Source of the DNA: an uncultured virus (IMG/VR IMGVR_UViG_3300042154_002964)
Lineage: Duplodnaviria > Heunggongvirae > Uroviricota > Caudoviricetes
Virus record (IMG/VR): IMGVR_UViG_3300042154_002964
Reading direction: 5' to 3' (one strand)
DNA: 64,000 bases
The stretch's first letter is position 1. The number at the start of each line of letters is the position of its first letter. Positions 1 through 9,832 of the stretch are shown in pieces. The translations under genes were made by a program, and so were the position numbers. The notes under the pieces are model-generated. The model made no database searches and was not told where the DNA came from. It saw nothing but the letters and a program-made list of their open reading frames with translations.

Positions 1-115
1 TAAATTCAATTATTAAATGTTTTTTTTCGGTATCGTATTCTGCCTTTCTAAAGTTACTTGATTTTACTTCACAAATAATTTTAGTTCCTTGAATAAATTC
101 TTTTGTAATTCCCAT
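1..115 (-). CDS. KTSC-domain protein, 5' part (runs off window)
   Basis: Manual translation MGITKEFIQGTKIICEVKSSNFRKAEYDTEKKHLIIEF resembles the KTSC motif VxSSNxxxxxYD...LxIEF. Confidence 0.6.
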   Translation of the reverse strand, partial: MGITKEFIQGTKIICEVKSSNFRKAEYDTEKKHLIIEF

Positions 116-116
116 A

Positions 117-512
117 TTATGCGATTGTTAGATTTACTGTTGCACCCATATCAGATGCGGTTAATTTTCTTTTATTAGAATTAAATTGTTTTATTAAGTC
201 TAAAATGTTGGTACTTTTAATTGAAAACGATTTATCCGTATTATCAATAATTTTAATTTTATCACCGTCTTTATATATTTTAGTGACCGCAACAGGTCCA
301 TCATAAAACAATGTATCAACGGTAACCTTAAATTGTTCAGTTCGTTGTCCTGACTTAAAAATTAAATGACCTCGATTATCTTGGCTAACCGATATATTCA
401 CACCTGATAATGTAATCCCATTTGATGGTTTACTTGAATCCATAGTTTCATTAATCACTCGTTTAACTATTCGAGCTAAATCCGATTCAGTCAATTTTAT
501 TACTTTTTTCAT
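117..512 (-). CDS. hypothetical protein with N-terminal KKVIKLTESDL module
   Basis: 131-aa ORF; TATTTAT motif upstream at 528-534. Confidence 0.8.
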   Translation of the reverse strand: MKKVIKLTESDLARIVKRVINETMDSSKPSNGITLSGVNISVSQDNRGHLIFKSGQRTEQFKVTVDTLFYDGPVAVTKIYKDGDKIKIIDNTDKSFSIKSTNILDLIKQFNSNKRKLTASDMGATVNLTIA

Positions 513-584
513 TCTTCTTTTTAATATATAAATATTGATTGAATTTTAAATATAATTATGTTATACTTAATTAAAAAAAAGAAT

Positions 585-2639
585 ATGATTGAATCAGTAG
601 ATAACGATGGTAAAGGTAAAAGTAAATCAAGCGGTGGTTCCACAACACCTGTATTAGATAATTTTAGTCGTGATTTGATTAAATTAGCAGAAGAAGGTAA
701 ATTGGACCCTGTTATTGGACGAGATAGGGAGATTACTCGTATTGCTCAAATTTTATCAAGAAGAAAGAAAAATAACCCAATTGTTATCGGTGAGCCAGGT
801 TGTGGTAAAACTGCAATAGTTGAGGGATTAGCTATTAAAATTTTTAATGGTGAATGTCCGAGAAATTTAATGGATAAACGAATTGTGTCGTTAGATATGA
901 CTTCGATTGTTGCCGGAACAAAATACCGAGGACAATTCGAAGAAAGAATGAAAGTGATTATTGAGGAATTACAAAACAACCCAAGTATCATTGTATTCAT
1001 TGATGAAATCCATACGATTGTTGGTGCGGGTAATGCGTCAGGTTCTATGGATGCGTCTAATATCTTCAAACCTGCGTTAGCAAGGGGGGAAATACAATGT
1101 GTTGGTGCGACAACCTTAGATGAATATCGTAAAAACTTCGAAAAGGATGGTGCGTTAGAAAGACGTTTCCAAAAGGTAATTGTTGATTCCGCAACTAAAG
1201 AAGAGACATTACAAATCCTTAAAAACGCAAAAGATAAATACGAAAATTATCACAAAGTAGTTTATTCTGATGAGGTATTAACTTTATGTGTTGATTTAGC
1301 TGAAAGGTATATCACAGATAGAGAATTCCCTGATAAAGCATTCGACATTATTGATGAGGTTGGTGCTCGTAGTCAAGTGGAAGTTAAAATCCCTGAAGAG
1401 ATTGAAAAACTTAAATTAGATGCTCTTAACATTAAACAAGAAAAGTTGGATGTTGTTAAACGTCAAGACTATGAAGAGGCCGCAAATTTAAGAGACAAAG
1501 AAAAACGTATCCTAAATAAATTGGAGAACGAGAAAAAGAAATTTGAGGAAGATTTAAATAAACAACGTAAAGAAATTAGTCCTGAACTTGTTTATGATGT
1601 TGTTTCCAATATGACAAAAATTCCAATTTCCAAATTAAATGCAGATGAAACTAAATCATTGAGTGAAATGGAAGGTAACTTAAATGAAAAAGTTATTGGT
1701 CAACCTGAAGCGGTGTCTAAAATTGCTAAATCAATCAGACGAAATCGTTTAGGGATTAAGGACCCGAATAAACCAATTGGTTCATTCATATTCCTTGGTT
1801 CAACAGGTGTAGGTAAAACTCACTTAGCAAAACAATTGGCTAAACAGATTTTTGGTACTGAAGATGCGTTAATTAGAATTGATATGTCAGAATATCAAGA
1901 GAAACATAATATCTCAAGATTAATCGGTTCACCTCCGGGATATGTTGGTCACGAAGAAGGGGGTCAATTAACTGAACAAGTTAAAAACAAACCTTACTCG
2001 GTGATTTTATTTGATGAGGTAGAGAAAGCGAACAAAGACATTTTCTCAACATTACTTCAAGTATTGGATGATGGACACTTAACAGATAGTTTAGGTAGAA
2101 AAATCAATTTCAAGAATTGTGTAATAATTATGACTTCAAATATTGGGGTTAGAAAATTACAAGACTTTGGAACAGGAATTGGTTTTGGGACTGTTGCTAA
2201 ATCATATGTTGAAGAAGAACAAAAACGAGATATGTTGAAGAAAGAACTTCAAAAGTTTTTCGCACCTGAGTTCTTAAATCGTATTGATGAGGTTGTTGTA
2301 TTTAAATCATTAAATCGTGAAGATGTTAAGAAAATTGTTTACTTGGAAGTTGATAGATTACAAAAACGATTAACAGGTTTAAAATATAACTTTACATTTG
2401 ATGAGTCAGTTATTGATTTAATCTCTGAAGTTGGGTACGATGAAATATATGGTGCTAGACCTTTGAAAAGAGCAATCCAAGATAAGATTGAGGATTATAT
2501 CTCAGAAGAAGTATTAAAGGGTTCTTTAGTTGAAGACGGGTTATATAACCTAATCGTAGTTGATAAAGAAATTAAGATTGAAGAAACTAAAATAGAAGAT
2601 AAACCTAAAAGAGGTAGAAAGAAAAAAGGGGCTGAATAA
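585..2639 (+). CDS. clpC: ClpC/ClpB-family AAA+ unfoldase lacking the N-terminal Clp repeat domain
   Basis: Two Walker A motifs (GEPGCGKT, GSTGVGKT), Walker B (FIDEIH, LFDEVEKA), pore loops KYRG and GYVG, UVR-like middle segment, IGF-type ClpP-docking loop; likely start at ATG 585. Confidence 0.92.
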   Translation: MIESVDNDGKGKSKSSGGSTTPVLDNFSRDLIKLAEEGKLDPVIGRDREITRIAQILSRRKKNNPIVIGEPGCGKTAIVEGLAIKIFNGECPRNLMDKRIVSLDMTSIVAGTKYRGQFEERMKVIIEELQNNPSIIVFIDEIHTIVGAGNASGSMDASNIFKPALARGEIQCVGATTLDEYRKNFEKDGALERRFQKVIVDSATKEETLQILKNAKDKYENYHKVVYSDEVLTLCVDLAERYITDREFPDKAFDIIDEVGARSQVEVKIPEEIEKLKLDALNIKQEKLDVVKRQDYEEAANLRDKEKRILNKLENEKKKFEEDLNKQRKEISPELVYDVVSNMTKIPISKLNADETKSLSEMEGNLNEKVIGQPEAVSKIAKSIRRNRLGIKDPNKPIGSFIFLGSTGVGKTHLAKQLAKQIFGTEDALIRIDMSEYQEKHNISRLIGSPPGYVGHEEGGQLTEQVKNKPYSVILFDEVEKANKDIFSTLLQVLDDGHLTDSLGRKINFKNCVIIMTSNIGVRKLQDFGTGIGFGTVAKSYVEEEQKRDMLKKELQKFFAPEFLNRIDEVVVFKSLNREDVKKIVYLEVDRLQKRLTGLKYNFTFDESVIDLISEVGYDEIYGARPLKRAIQDKIEDYISEEVLKGSLVEDGLYNLIVVDKEIKIEETKIEDKPKRGRKKKGAE

Positions 2640-2651
2640 CCCCTTTTTTTA

Positions 2652-3467
2652 TTATCCGAATATAATGTTATTTACAGGGATAAGTGGATAATAATTGTAA
2701 CCTAACGATTCAATCATCTGTTTACCGGTTTTAATTCCTGAATAAACATCTTCAACAACCACATATTCATTTCGTGTGTGGTAATTGTAATACCCGATAG
2801 CGAAATTAATACAAGAGAAATTAAATTTCTTTTTTAATGCGTAAACATCCGTGTATGGGTGTGATTGGTAATCGTTACGACCTTCAAATCCTTCAGTTAA
2901 TGCTTGGTCACACTTTACAAAGAAATCACTCTCACGGTCAAATAATTGAGTCCCCATACAATACTCACTAACCATAACATTGCCAGGTGCATCAAATTGG
3001 ATTGCGTACCCCACATTTTCAAAAAACTCAGGGTCTGCGACTCTTGAGCCATAACACCCCGTTTCTTCAGATACGAAGAACGCGACTTTTAAATTTGGTA
3101 GTTCTTTTAGTAATTCCAAACACGCAAAAACCCCACACTTATCATCACCCCCAATTCCTGTTGGTTGACCTGAATCGTTATACGCTTTTAACGACGGTTT
3201 TAAAATACCTTGTTCGTTAGGTAACGTTTCTTCTTTAACGTTGATAGTATCAATATTGTGAACGGTGTCAGTATGTGCAACAACACAAGGGAAATACTCA
3301 ACCTCATCGGTTTGTTTTGTTACATAGATGTTTTTCTTACCATCTAAGTAATACTCGAAGTTATTATCAGTCAACCATTTCTCTAAGAACTCAATCATTA
3401 GTCCTTCTTTATAAGTTTTAGTTGGTACTGATAAAACTTCTTTTAGTAAATTATAGTCTCTTTCCAT
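2652..3467 (-). CDS. M20/M28-family zinc peptidase
   Basis: AHTDTV, GGDDKCG, SEETG motifs and a C-terminal YH. Confidence 0.75.
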   Translation of the reverse strand: MERDYNLLKEVLSVPTKTYKEGLMIEFLEKWLTDNNFEYYLDGKKNIYVTKQTDEVEYFPCVVAHTDTVHNIDTINVKEETLPNEQGILKPSLKAYNDSGQPTGIGGDDKCGVFACLELLKELPNLKVAFFVSEETGCYGSRVADPEFFENVGYAIQFDAPGNVMVSEYCMGTQLFDRESDFFVKCDQALTEGFEGRNDYQSHPYTDVYALKKKFNFSCINFAIGYYNYHTRNEYVVVEDVYSGIKTGKQMIESLGYNYYPLIPVNNIIFG

Positions 3468-3507
3468 ATTGTAAATGTACGGAAAGTTTTGGAATGTCAA
3501 ATGTTTT

Positions 3508-5235
3508 TTAAAATTTTATATTAACTCCGGGTAAATTTTTCTTCCAAATAGGGTTGATTGTTAATGTGAAAGTAATTTTAGGGTTAATATTGTAACTTAA
3601 TGTTTTGATTATTTGTTGAGTGTCACCTATTTGAACACCAAATAAATCTAATTTAAATGGAAACGTTGGTGTTGTTGTTGCTTTTAACACTTCACTCAAA
3701 TCTAAACTCTTACCCGTAGTCCTATTATAGTTATTAATTTCGTCTTTAAGGTAATCTAATGGTTTCTTTTCTGTAATTGGGGGAAGAACCTTCAGGAAGT
3801 TTAAAACCTCTTTATTCTCAGTCTTTTCCAATTGTTCTCGAATGACTTTTTTCATTCGGTTGGATTCAATCAATTTATAGTTGTGTAAGAAATCATTGAA
3901 GGTTTCCAATGTATATGATTGGTCCTCACTTGCACCCCAAGGGTCGGTGGTTTTGAACTTTCTAATAACTACGGTATCATCGTCAGTATCGACTCTAAGA
4001 ATTTTAAATGAATAACCTTCAGATGCCGGAATTGGATGATTTTTATTAATCCCAAACTTGGCAATAATTGTTTGATAAATCTGTAAAGTATCTTCCGAAT
4101 AATCTTCAGTTACCTGTGTAAAGATTTTATCTAATTCATATTTAACATCATTATCAAATGCGGTTTGATTAAAACCATTATATCCGTATTCATAAGAGTG
4201 TTCATAATAACCACTTGGGACTTTTATATTATAAAATGACTCTTTAAATAACTCCATTAAAGTTAAATCAGTACTTGATGCGTCATCATATAATTTAAGT
4301 AATAAATTAACCGATGTAACATACTTAGACATACAATCTACTTTTATGATATAGTATGGTAATAATATATTACAGAAATCATTTGTTATTTCATTTTTTG
4401 CCTCTTCATTTGCCGCACTATTTAGGTTTGATGCGTAGTCACTACATATACTACCAATCTCATTAGGGTATAAATCATACAATAATTTTGACACCTCTTG
4501 AGATTCATCATCATTTGAAAGGTCAAAATTAAGTAAATTAGGGTTAATGTATTTCAATATCTCTCTAATTTTATCAATATTTTCAGTACCAAAATAACGG
4601 ATTAAATAACCTTCACCCCAATCCTCTTCCGCTCGATAAGAGTCCATAAACTCATAACCATCATAATAACTGAATACCGCTTTAATAAACCATATATCGT
4701 CATCACTAATATCGTCAAACATTTTTAGAAATTCTTCTTCATCTTCAAATGTCAAAGTGATTAATGATTTACCCGGATTTCGTTCGGCAATCTTTATTTT
4801 ACTTATTATGTTATCTTCATCAATATCTGAAAAATCGTAATATCTTGGGAATTCAGTTACCTTCCCATTTTTAATATCTAATAATGATTGATAAACACGT
4901 CCGTGACCTTTAATCTCATTAATAATTGGAATAACACTATCTAATTTTTGACTTTTTAATTTGTCTATAAAATCTAAATAACCCTCATCGTCAAAATCAT
5001 CATTATAATATGTTAAATCACCATCTAAATCTCTGTACACATAATATCTTGCCCATACGGAATTTTTATCCACTATAATATAAAAATCACCGTCTCTAAA
5101 TCTTTGGACCCAATCTTTAACTAAAGACTCTTTAATATCGTCAGGTGCGTAGTATTCTATATCTGAAGCTTGTTGGACATCAACAACTATTACGTTGTCA
5201 TCCTCAAACACTATTTTACGTTCATTTTCCTCCAT
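3508..5235 (-). CDS. hypothetical acidic protein
   Basis: 575-aa ORF; internal KLIESNRMKKVIREQ module. Confidence 0.8.
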   Translation of the reverse strand: MEENERKIVFEDDNVIVVDVQQASDIEYYAPDDIKESLVKDWVQRFRDGDFYIIVDKNSVWARYYVYRDLDGDLTYYNDDFDDEGYLDFIDKLKSQKLDSVIPIINEIKGHGRVYQSLLDIKNGKVTEFPRYYDFSDIDEDNIISKIKIAERNPGKSLITLTFEDEEEFLKMFDDISDDDIWFIKAVFSYYDGYEFMDSYRAEEDWGEGYLIRYFGTENIDKIREILKYINPNLLNFDLSNDDESQEVSKLLYDLYPNEIGSICSDYASNLNSAANEEAKNEITNDFCNILLPYYIIKVDCMSKYVTSVNLLLKLYDDASSTDLTLMELFKESFYNIKVPSGYYEHSYEYGYNGFNQTAFDNDVKYELDKIFTQVTEDYSEDTLQIYQTIIAKFGINKNHPIPASEGYSFKILRVDTDDDTVVIRKFKTTDPWGASEDQSYTLETFNDFLHNYKLIESNRMKKVIREQLEKTENKEVLNFLKVLPPITEKKPLDYLKDEINNYNRTTGKSLDLSEVLKATTTPTFPFKLDLFGVQIGDTQQIIKTLSYNINPKITFTLTINPIWKKNLPGVNIKF

Positions 5236-5292
5236 TTAATAAAGTTTTTTAATATAAATATGCTCGGGACTTGGACTTTTCAGTTTTTTCAC

Positions 5293-5328
5293 TATATTTG
5301 TATAGAGAAACAATATGAGTTCTTTGAT
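5293..5328 (+). promoter_or_regulatory. Bacteroidota-type -7 promoter and boxA-like element upstream of tmRNA
   Basis: TATATTTG (TAnnTTTG) at 5293-5300 followed by GTTCTTTGA. Confidence 0.6.
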
Positions 5329-5332
5329 TTAT

Positions 5333-5720
5333 GGGGATAACTTGGAATTGACTGGCATTGTTAATTATTCGGGGCACGCAGTGAGAAGATTCCTATCACT
5401 TAAATCTATGGTATCAAATTACAAACGGCAACGTTTTAAACAAAATGGCGACTATCGGATTAATCCGTGAAGACGCTGCAGTAGCTGCCTAAGCTTAGGA
5501 AGACACTAACGGGTCGATGGACATATAACCTAGGAACAGAAGTCTTTACAAAGGTGGAAAAATGACTGAACCCGAAATCGAGTCATTCATTGGTTGTTAG
5601 TTTACGATGATGAAGAACAAACTTACTATTTTTGGAACATTAGAAAATGTTATCCTAAGCGTGTAGTCCTTAGTCTTTAAGGTGTACAACACGAGGGTTC
5701 GACTCCCTCTATCTCCACCA
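5333..5720 (+). ncRNA. ssrA: tmRNA (388 nt)
   Basis: GGGGATA/TATCTCC-ACCA acceptor stem with G3:U70; GAATTGAC 5' motif; T-arm GAGGGTTCGACTCCCTC; tag ORF 5427-5492 GNVLNKMATIGLIREDAAVAA*. Confidence 0.95.
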
Positions 5721-5726
5721 AATAAC

Positions 5727-5760
5727 AAACCCCACCTTTTTAGGATGGGGTTTTTTTATT
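5727..5760 (+). terminator. intrinsic terminator after tmRNA
   Basis: AAACCCCA...TGGGGTTT hairpin followed by a T run. Confidence 0.7.
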
Positions 5761-5762
5761 TA

Positions 5763-6065
5763 TTATCTTCTTGTTCTTACTTTGAAAGGTCTTTTATGTT
5801 TGTCTTTATACGTATCAAATATTCTTTTACCACTTTCCCCTTTATCAAACCATCTAGTATCTTCCCCGTGTTTCGATTGTAAATCATCAAAGTCATCAAA
5901 TTCTTCATCATCGAATTCCATATCATCAAATCCTGATTTACTAAAAGAACTGTCCTTTTCGTCATACCATTCTTCATCATCAAAAGAACCGTATTTAGAT
6001 TCCTCAATTACTCTTTTAACTATACGTGTTAAATCCGCTTCAGTTAATCTTATAACTTTTTTCAT
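5763..6065 (-). CDS. hypothetical acidic protein with KKVIRLTEADL module
   Basis: 100-aa ORF; N-terminus nearly identical to that of 117..512; TATTTAT at 6082-6088. Confidence 0.8.
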   Translation of the reverse strand: MKKVIRLTEADLTRIVKRVIEESKYGSFDDEEWYDEKDSSFSKSGFDDMEFDDEEFDDFDDLQSKHGEDTRWFDKGESGKRIFDTYKDKHKRPFKVRTRR

Positions 6066-6099
6066 ATTTTTAATTTTATTAATAAATATATTGGGGAAT

Positions 6100-6510
6100 A
6101 AAAAAAGGGAAGAAAAAACAATAAAGTTTAAACTTCCCTTTGATTTGTACTAGGGTTTCCCCTACCGAGTTTGTTAGTGATACAAACTACAGACTCTCTA
6201 TCGTTGAGTGTTTCTAGAATTCACGGTTATAGGATATCATCATTCACTTTTTTTATAGTAGTACTTAATGACTGTGGTTATAATAACGTCCACAACTTAA
6301 AAAACAATCTACTTGTTATTTTTTTAACTTAACCTTCACTGTCTTTTCTTGACATTACAGGAGAATGCTACTCTGGTTATTCGTTTTAAATATAAACGGG
6401 TGCACAAGATTCTATAAACCACCTAAATATAACAGAATGTTCTTGAGGTTCTTTTATACTCATCACTCAAAAGGGGTAACTGTTATCACCTCACACTTTT
6501 GTTTGGAGTC
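6100..6510 (-). ncRNA. candidate structured ncRNA (~350 nt) ending at a terminator
   Basis: ORF-free; several hairpins (e.g. TAGGGGAAACCCTA); terminal AAAGGGAAG...CTTCCCTTTTTTT; downstream of the GOLLD-like RNA and tRNA-Met. Confidence 0.35.
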
Positions 6511-6514
6511 ACTG

Positions 6515-6587
6515 TAGCAACGGACGGGAATCGAACCTGTTTGGGTCGGCTTATGAGACCGATGAGATACCTTACCTCCCCCCTGCT
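6515..6587 (-). tRNA. tRNA-Met(CAU), imperfect stems
   Basis: Anticodon arm TCGGT-CTCATAA-GCCGA; GGTTCGATT T-loop; mismatches in acceptor and T stems. Confidence 0.6.
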
Positions 6588-6599
6588 ATATTTGGCTTT

Positions 6600-7490
6600 A
6601 AAAAAGGCTGAGATTATACCTGTTATTGAGAACCTTTGGAAGGATTATTGTTTCCCTTCGTATCCACTTTCTTTTGAAAAGTATTCCTCAGTGTCGGTTT
6701 TTTAGGTGAACCACTCCTTGAGACATCAACTACTCTCTCATTACTCAACTCTCTTCGAGAATGCCTCCCCGACTAATCCTTGCGAGATTAGAGGTTTTTG
6801 GTAAGAATACATTCAGACTTGCGGTCATCCTGTGCAATGAACAACTCATTACTATGTAGACACCTTTCGTTGATATCTGACGGACACTTTTGCTTTAGTT
6901 TAAATTTTAATTTTTACATTAACCTAGTAAAATAAAGTTTTTCGTGTTGTGGATTAATCAAAGTAGTGGTCCGTCTTTCAGATTCGTCGTCTTTTGAACA
7001 ACGAAATACCAAACTACTCTGTGAAGTATCCCTACCTCAATATTTTAAGATTACTTCGAAACAATTCTTTTGGTAAAGAATCATCAAGGAAAATTTCAGC
7101 ACCACCTGTTTGTTTTCATACCTTTCGGTTTTAAGCCACCTCTTATAATGGAAGTCGTAATTGTAACGTTGGATACGATACTTCTTACATAAATCCTACG
7201 AGTTATTCCTATTAGAGTTCCCTCCTCAATCTGATGACCCACATCACCAAATCATATAACCACTTTCTCTACATCGTTGACCTCGATACTAAAGGTTATA
7301 CGGTATCCCGCTTGTGTACTCGACCTCGGTTTCCCAAGACGCAGACCCGTTACACTTGGGGGTCCACTTTATCCTACTTTCGTAGTTTATTTAATGACCA
7401 TACACGGCCAATATCTTTATCAGTTTGTTACTCAAAATCAACCACAAGGGTCTCATCATCAAACATTCTGAACGGATAATCAAATTTCAA
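6600..7490 (-). ncRNA. large ornate ncRNA, GOLLD-like (~0.88 kb)
   Basis: No credible ORF; raised GC; many GNRA-capped hairpins (CTAATCTC-GCAA-GGATTAG, TCTTGG-GAAA-CCGAGG, ACC-GAAA-GGT); 3' ACTGAG...TAATCTCAG pairing; tandem promoters and boxA upstream; adjacent tRNA. Size and context fit GOLLD; family not verified by covariance search. Confidence 0.6.
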
Positions 7491-7740
7491 AGAACGTCTC
7501 GGACATTTCCGATTTGTTTTGTAAAGTTAAGTATTTAATTTTGATTTGTCAAACACTTTTTTTAACTTTTTTTTGAGGTTTAGGAAACCACGGTTTTATA
7601 ACTAATTGTCAACCTTTCCCTCATTTGTTTTACAAAGATACTTAATGTTTTTTGTTCTGTCAAGTACTTTGTAAACTTTATTTTCTGATTTAAATTACTT
7701 TGTTTCAGAATTGTTTAACAAATGTATGAAATAAATATCG
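7485..7740 (-). promoter_or_regulatory. tandem promoter region with boxA-like element driving the large ncRNA
   Basis: TACATTTG (~7719-7726), TATCTTTG with upstream TTGACA (~7633-7665), TAACTTTA with TTTGACA (~7522-7555), GTTCTTTGAAA at ~7485-7495. Confidence 0.6.
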
Positions 7741-7761
7741 GTAATCAAGTAAAAAAACAGA

Positions 7762-8415
7762 TTATTTTAATAAATTTTTAATTCTTGAGATTTCTTCGTT
7801 CAAATTATCCTCGGAATCGTTTTTTTTCTGTTTTAGTCTTTCGTCTTTTTCTTTATTATGTAATTGGAACATACCTTTACCAATTTTCTTTAATTCTTTA
7901 CCGGCAATATCCGCACCTTTTAAAAGTTGGTTTGCCGCAAATTCGATTGGTAAAGTGACAGGTGATAACGCATTAATTTCATAGTCTTTTGAATCACGAT
8001 ATCTTTTTGTTGGTTTTGTTTCTTTTTTGTCACTTACTTTAGATTTATCTTTAGATTCCTCATCTTTAAATAATTCACCATTTAAGAACTTCTTAGGATT
8101 GAGGTAATCTAAATTAGACGATAATACTGAATAAGTTATTGGTTCTTCAGAAAAAAAACCAATTGTTGACCCACCACGAACATTATCGCTAAGATGAGCA
8201 AGAGTGTTATTAACACCACAAAATTGAGAATAGAATTTAGAGCCCCCAATATTATGTTGAATTAATAAATAACCATCAGAACAACTATTATTATTAGTTT
8301 TAACCACAACACCATCATAGGGGGACATAACTTTGTCCATCCTATATGACTTCAACTCCGCACTTTTAGATTTAAAATCTATATCTCCGTGGGTTATTTT
8401 ATTTGATTTACTCAT
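7762..8415 (-). CDS. degenerate M23-peptidase-like protein
   Basis: V-x-SPYDGVV, YLLIQH, V-x-GG-x-x-IG and LNP motifs of the M23 fold; catalytic HxH absent. Confidence 0.5.
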   Translation of the reverse strand: MSKSNKITHGDIDFKSKSAELKSYRMDKVMSPYDGVVVKTNNNSCSDGYLLIQHNIGGSKFYSQFCGVNNTLAHLSDNVRGGSTIGFFSEEPITYSVLSSNLDYLNPKKFLNGELFKDEESKDKSKVSDKKETKPTKRYRDSKDYEINALSPVTLPIEFAANQLLKGADIAGKELKKIGKGMFQLHNKEKDERLKQKKNDSEDNLNEEISRIKNLLK

Positions 8416-9098
8416 TTCATTAATTTTTTAATTCTAGTAATTTCTTCAGTAATTGTTTGAACATTTTCAAGTGACTCATCATTTTCTTTAAACCCTAATA
8501 AATTTAACATTGATTTAAATATTGGGTTACCCATTGGCTTAGTATCACTAGTTTCATCACCGTTAGTTTCATCCCCTTTAGTTTCGGTGTCAGTTGTGGT
8601 TTCTGAATCAGAGTCTGTTTTATCATTTTCAGGTGTCATTGGTTTACCTGAACCTAATTTTTTTGCACTTTCAACGTGTTCCCAATGCCAAGGTTCGGTC
8701 CTTGGATTACTAAATGGGTTTGAGAAACCAAATTTCGATGCGTTGTCAGTTAACCATTTATGGGCTTTATCACCATATTTAACGACTAAATCAAGAGCAG
8801 CACCCCATCCGTGATTTGAAGTACCAGGATATGCGACAGGTGTTCCTGCGGTCCCTTTCTTTCTTCTTTTCTTGGTTTTCTTATAATAATCCCAATCAAA
8901 TATTTTGTCTTGGATTTCAAATGGTCGATATGAATCAGTGATTGACCAAGTGACACCATCTTCTTTAGCGGCTTTAACCATTTTATCGTAGGCCGCCGCG
9001 GCTTCGGGATTTAATTTATGATTACTATTTGAAGAGAGAGGTGTCAGATTGGTTAACTTACCATTAGTTTCTTCAAAAATCAATTTTTGATTTTTCAT
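8412..9098 (-). CDS. M15B D-Ala-D-Ala carboxypeptidase (VanY-like)
   Basis: DSYR...Q, PGTSNHGWGAALD, EPWHWE motifs. Confidence 0.85.
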   Translation of the reverse strand: MKNQKLIFEETNGKLTNLTPLSSNSNHKLNPEAAAAYDKMVKAAKEDGVTWSITDSYRPFEIQDKIFDWDYYKKTKKRRKKGTAGTPVAYPGTSNHGWGAALDLVVKYGDKAHKWLTDNASKFGFSNPFSNPRTEPWHWEHVESAKKLGSGKPMTPENDKTDSDSETTTDTETKGDETNGDETSDTKPMGNPIFKSMLNLLGFKENDESLENVQTITEEITRIKKLMK

Positions 9099-9787
9099 TT
9101 CATTAATTGTTTAATTCTAATTATTTCCTCGGTTATCGGTTTAACACTTTCAAGGGACTCGTCATTTTCTTTAAACCCCAATAGATTTAACATTGATTTA
9201 AATATTGGATTACCCATTGACTTTTCACCTTCAGGTTCATCAGTTTTTGATTCGTCATCTTTAGTTTCACTATCTTTACTCACATCCCCTTTAGTTTCAT
9301 CATCGGGAGTATCACTCGAACCTAATGACGGGTTTGAGGATGATGTTCCACTATCGGAATTTCGTGAAACGTGAACGTGGTTATCGTGATTGGGGAACCC
9401 AAATGTTAATACCGCTTTATCATTTCCACTTTCACTATTTTTAACGTAACCCATTTTAACTAGTTCATTAACGAACTTATTAATGGCATCATAAATACCA
9501 TTACTTTTGGCTGCGGATAATGATGAAAATCCTTTACCATTAACCATAGCAATATCTACGGCATTCCCTTTAGGGTGTCTACCACTATTTCTATGTCCTG
9601 TCACCGCAGTTGTTACGGAAACTTTAACACCGGCAGCTTTGGCAGCTTTATCAACATCGGCTAATAACGATGGGTTAATCTTATCTTTTGAAGGTGTACT
9701 TGAACCAACAACCCTATCTTTAAAATCGGTATTTTGATATAACGATGAATTAACGCTAGATGGTGCTTCATATATATTCTTATCCAT
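9095..9787 (-). CDS. M15-like zinc peptidoglycan peptidase
   Basis: RHPKGNAVDI and HDNHVHVS motifs; C-terminal tail duplicated with 8412..9098. Confidence 0.65.
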   Translation of the reverse strand: MDKNIYEAPSSVNSSLYQNTDFKDRVVGSSTPSKDKINPSLLADVDKAAKAAGVKVSVTTAVTGHRNSGRHPKGNAVDIAMVNGKGFSSLSAAKSNGIYDAINKFVNELVKMGYVKNSESGNDKAVLTFGFPNHDNHVHVSRNSDSGTSSSNPSLGSSDTPDDETKGDVSKDSETKDDESKTDEPEGEKSMGNPIFKSMLNLLGFKENDESLESVKPITEEIIRIKQLMK

Positions 9788-9832
9788 ACCAATAAATAGT
9801 TGGGATATAAAAAAAAGTGGGTTTCCCCACTT

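Noticed and set aside
6499..7479. Short + strand ORFs in the large ncRNA region
   Set aside because: Antisense to the promoter-supported RNA, atypical composition, no recognisable motifs
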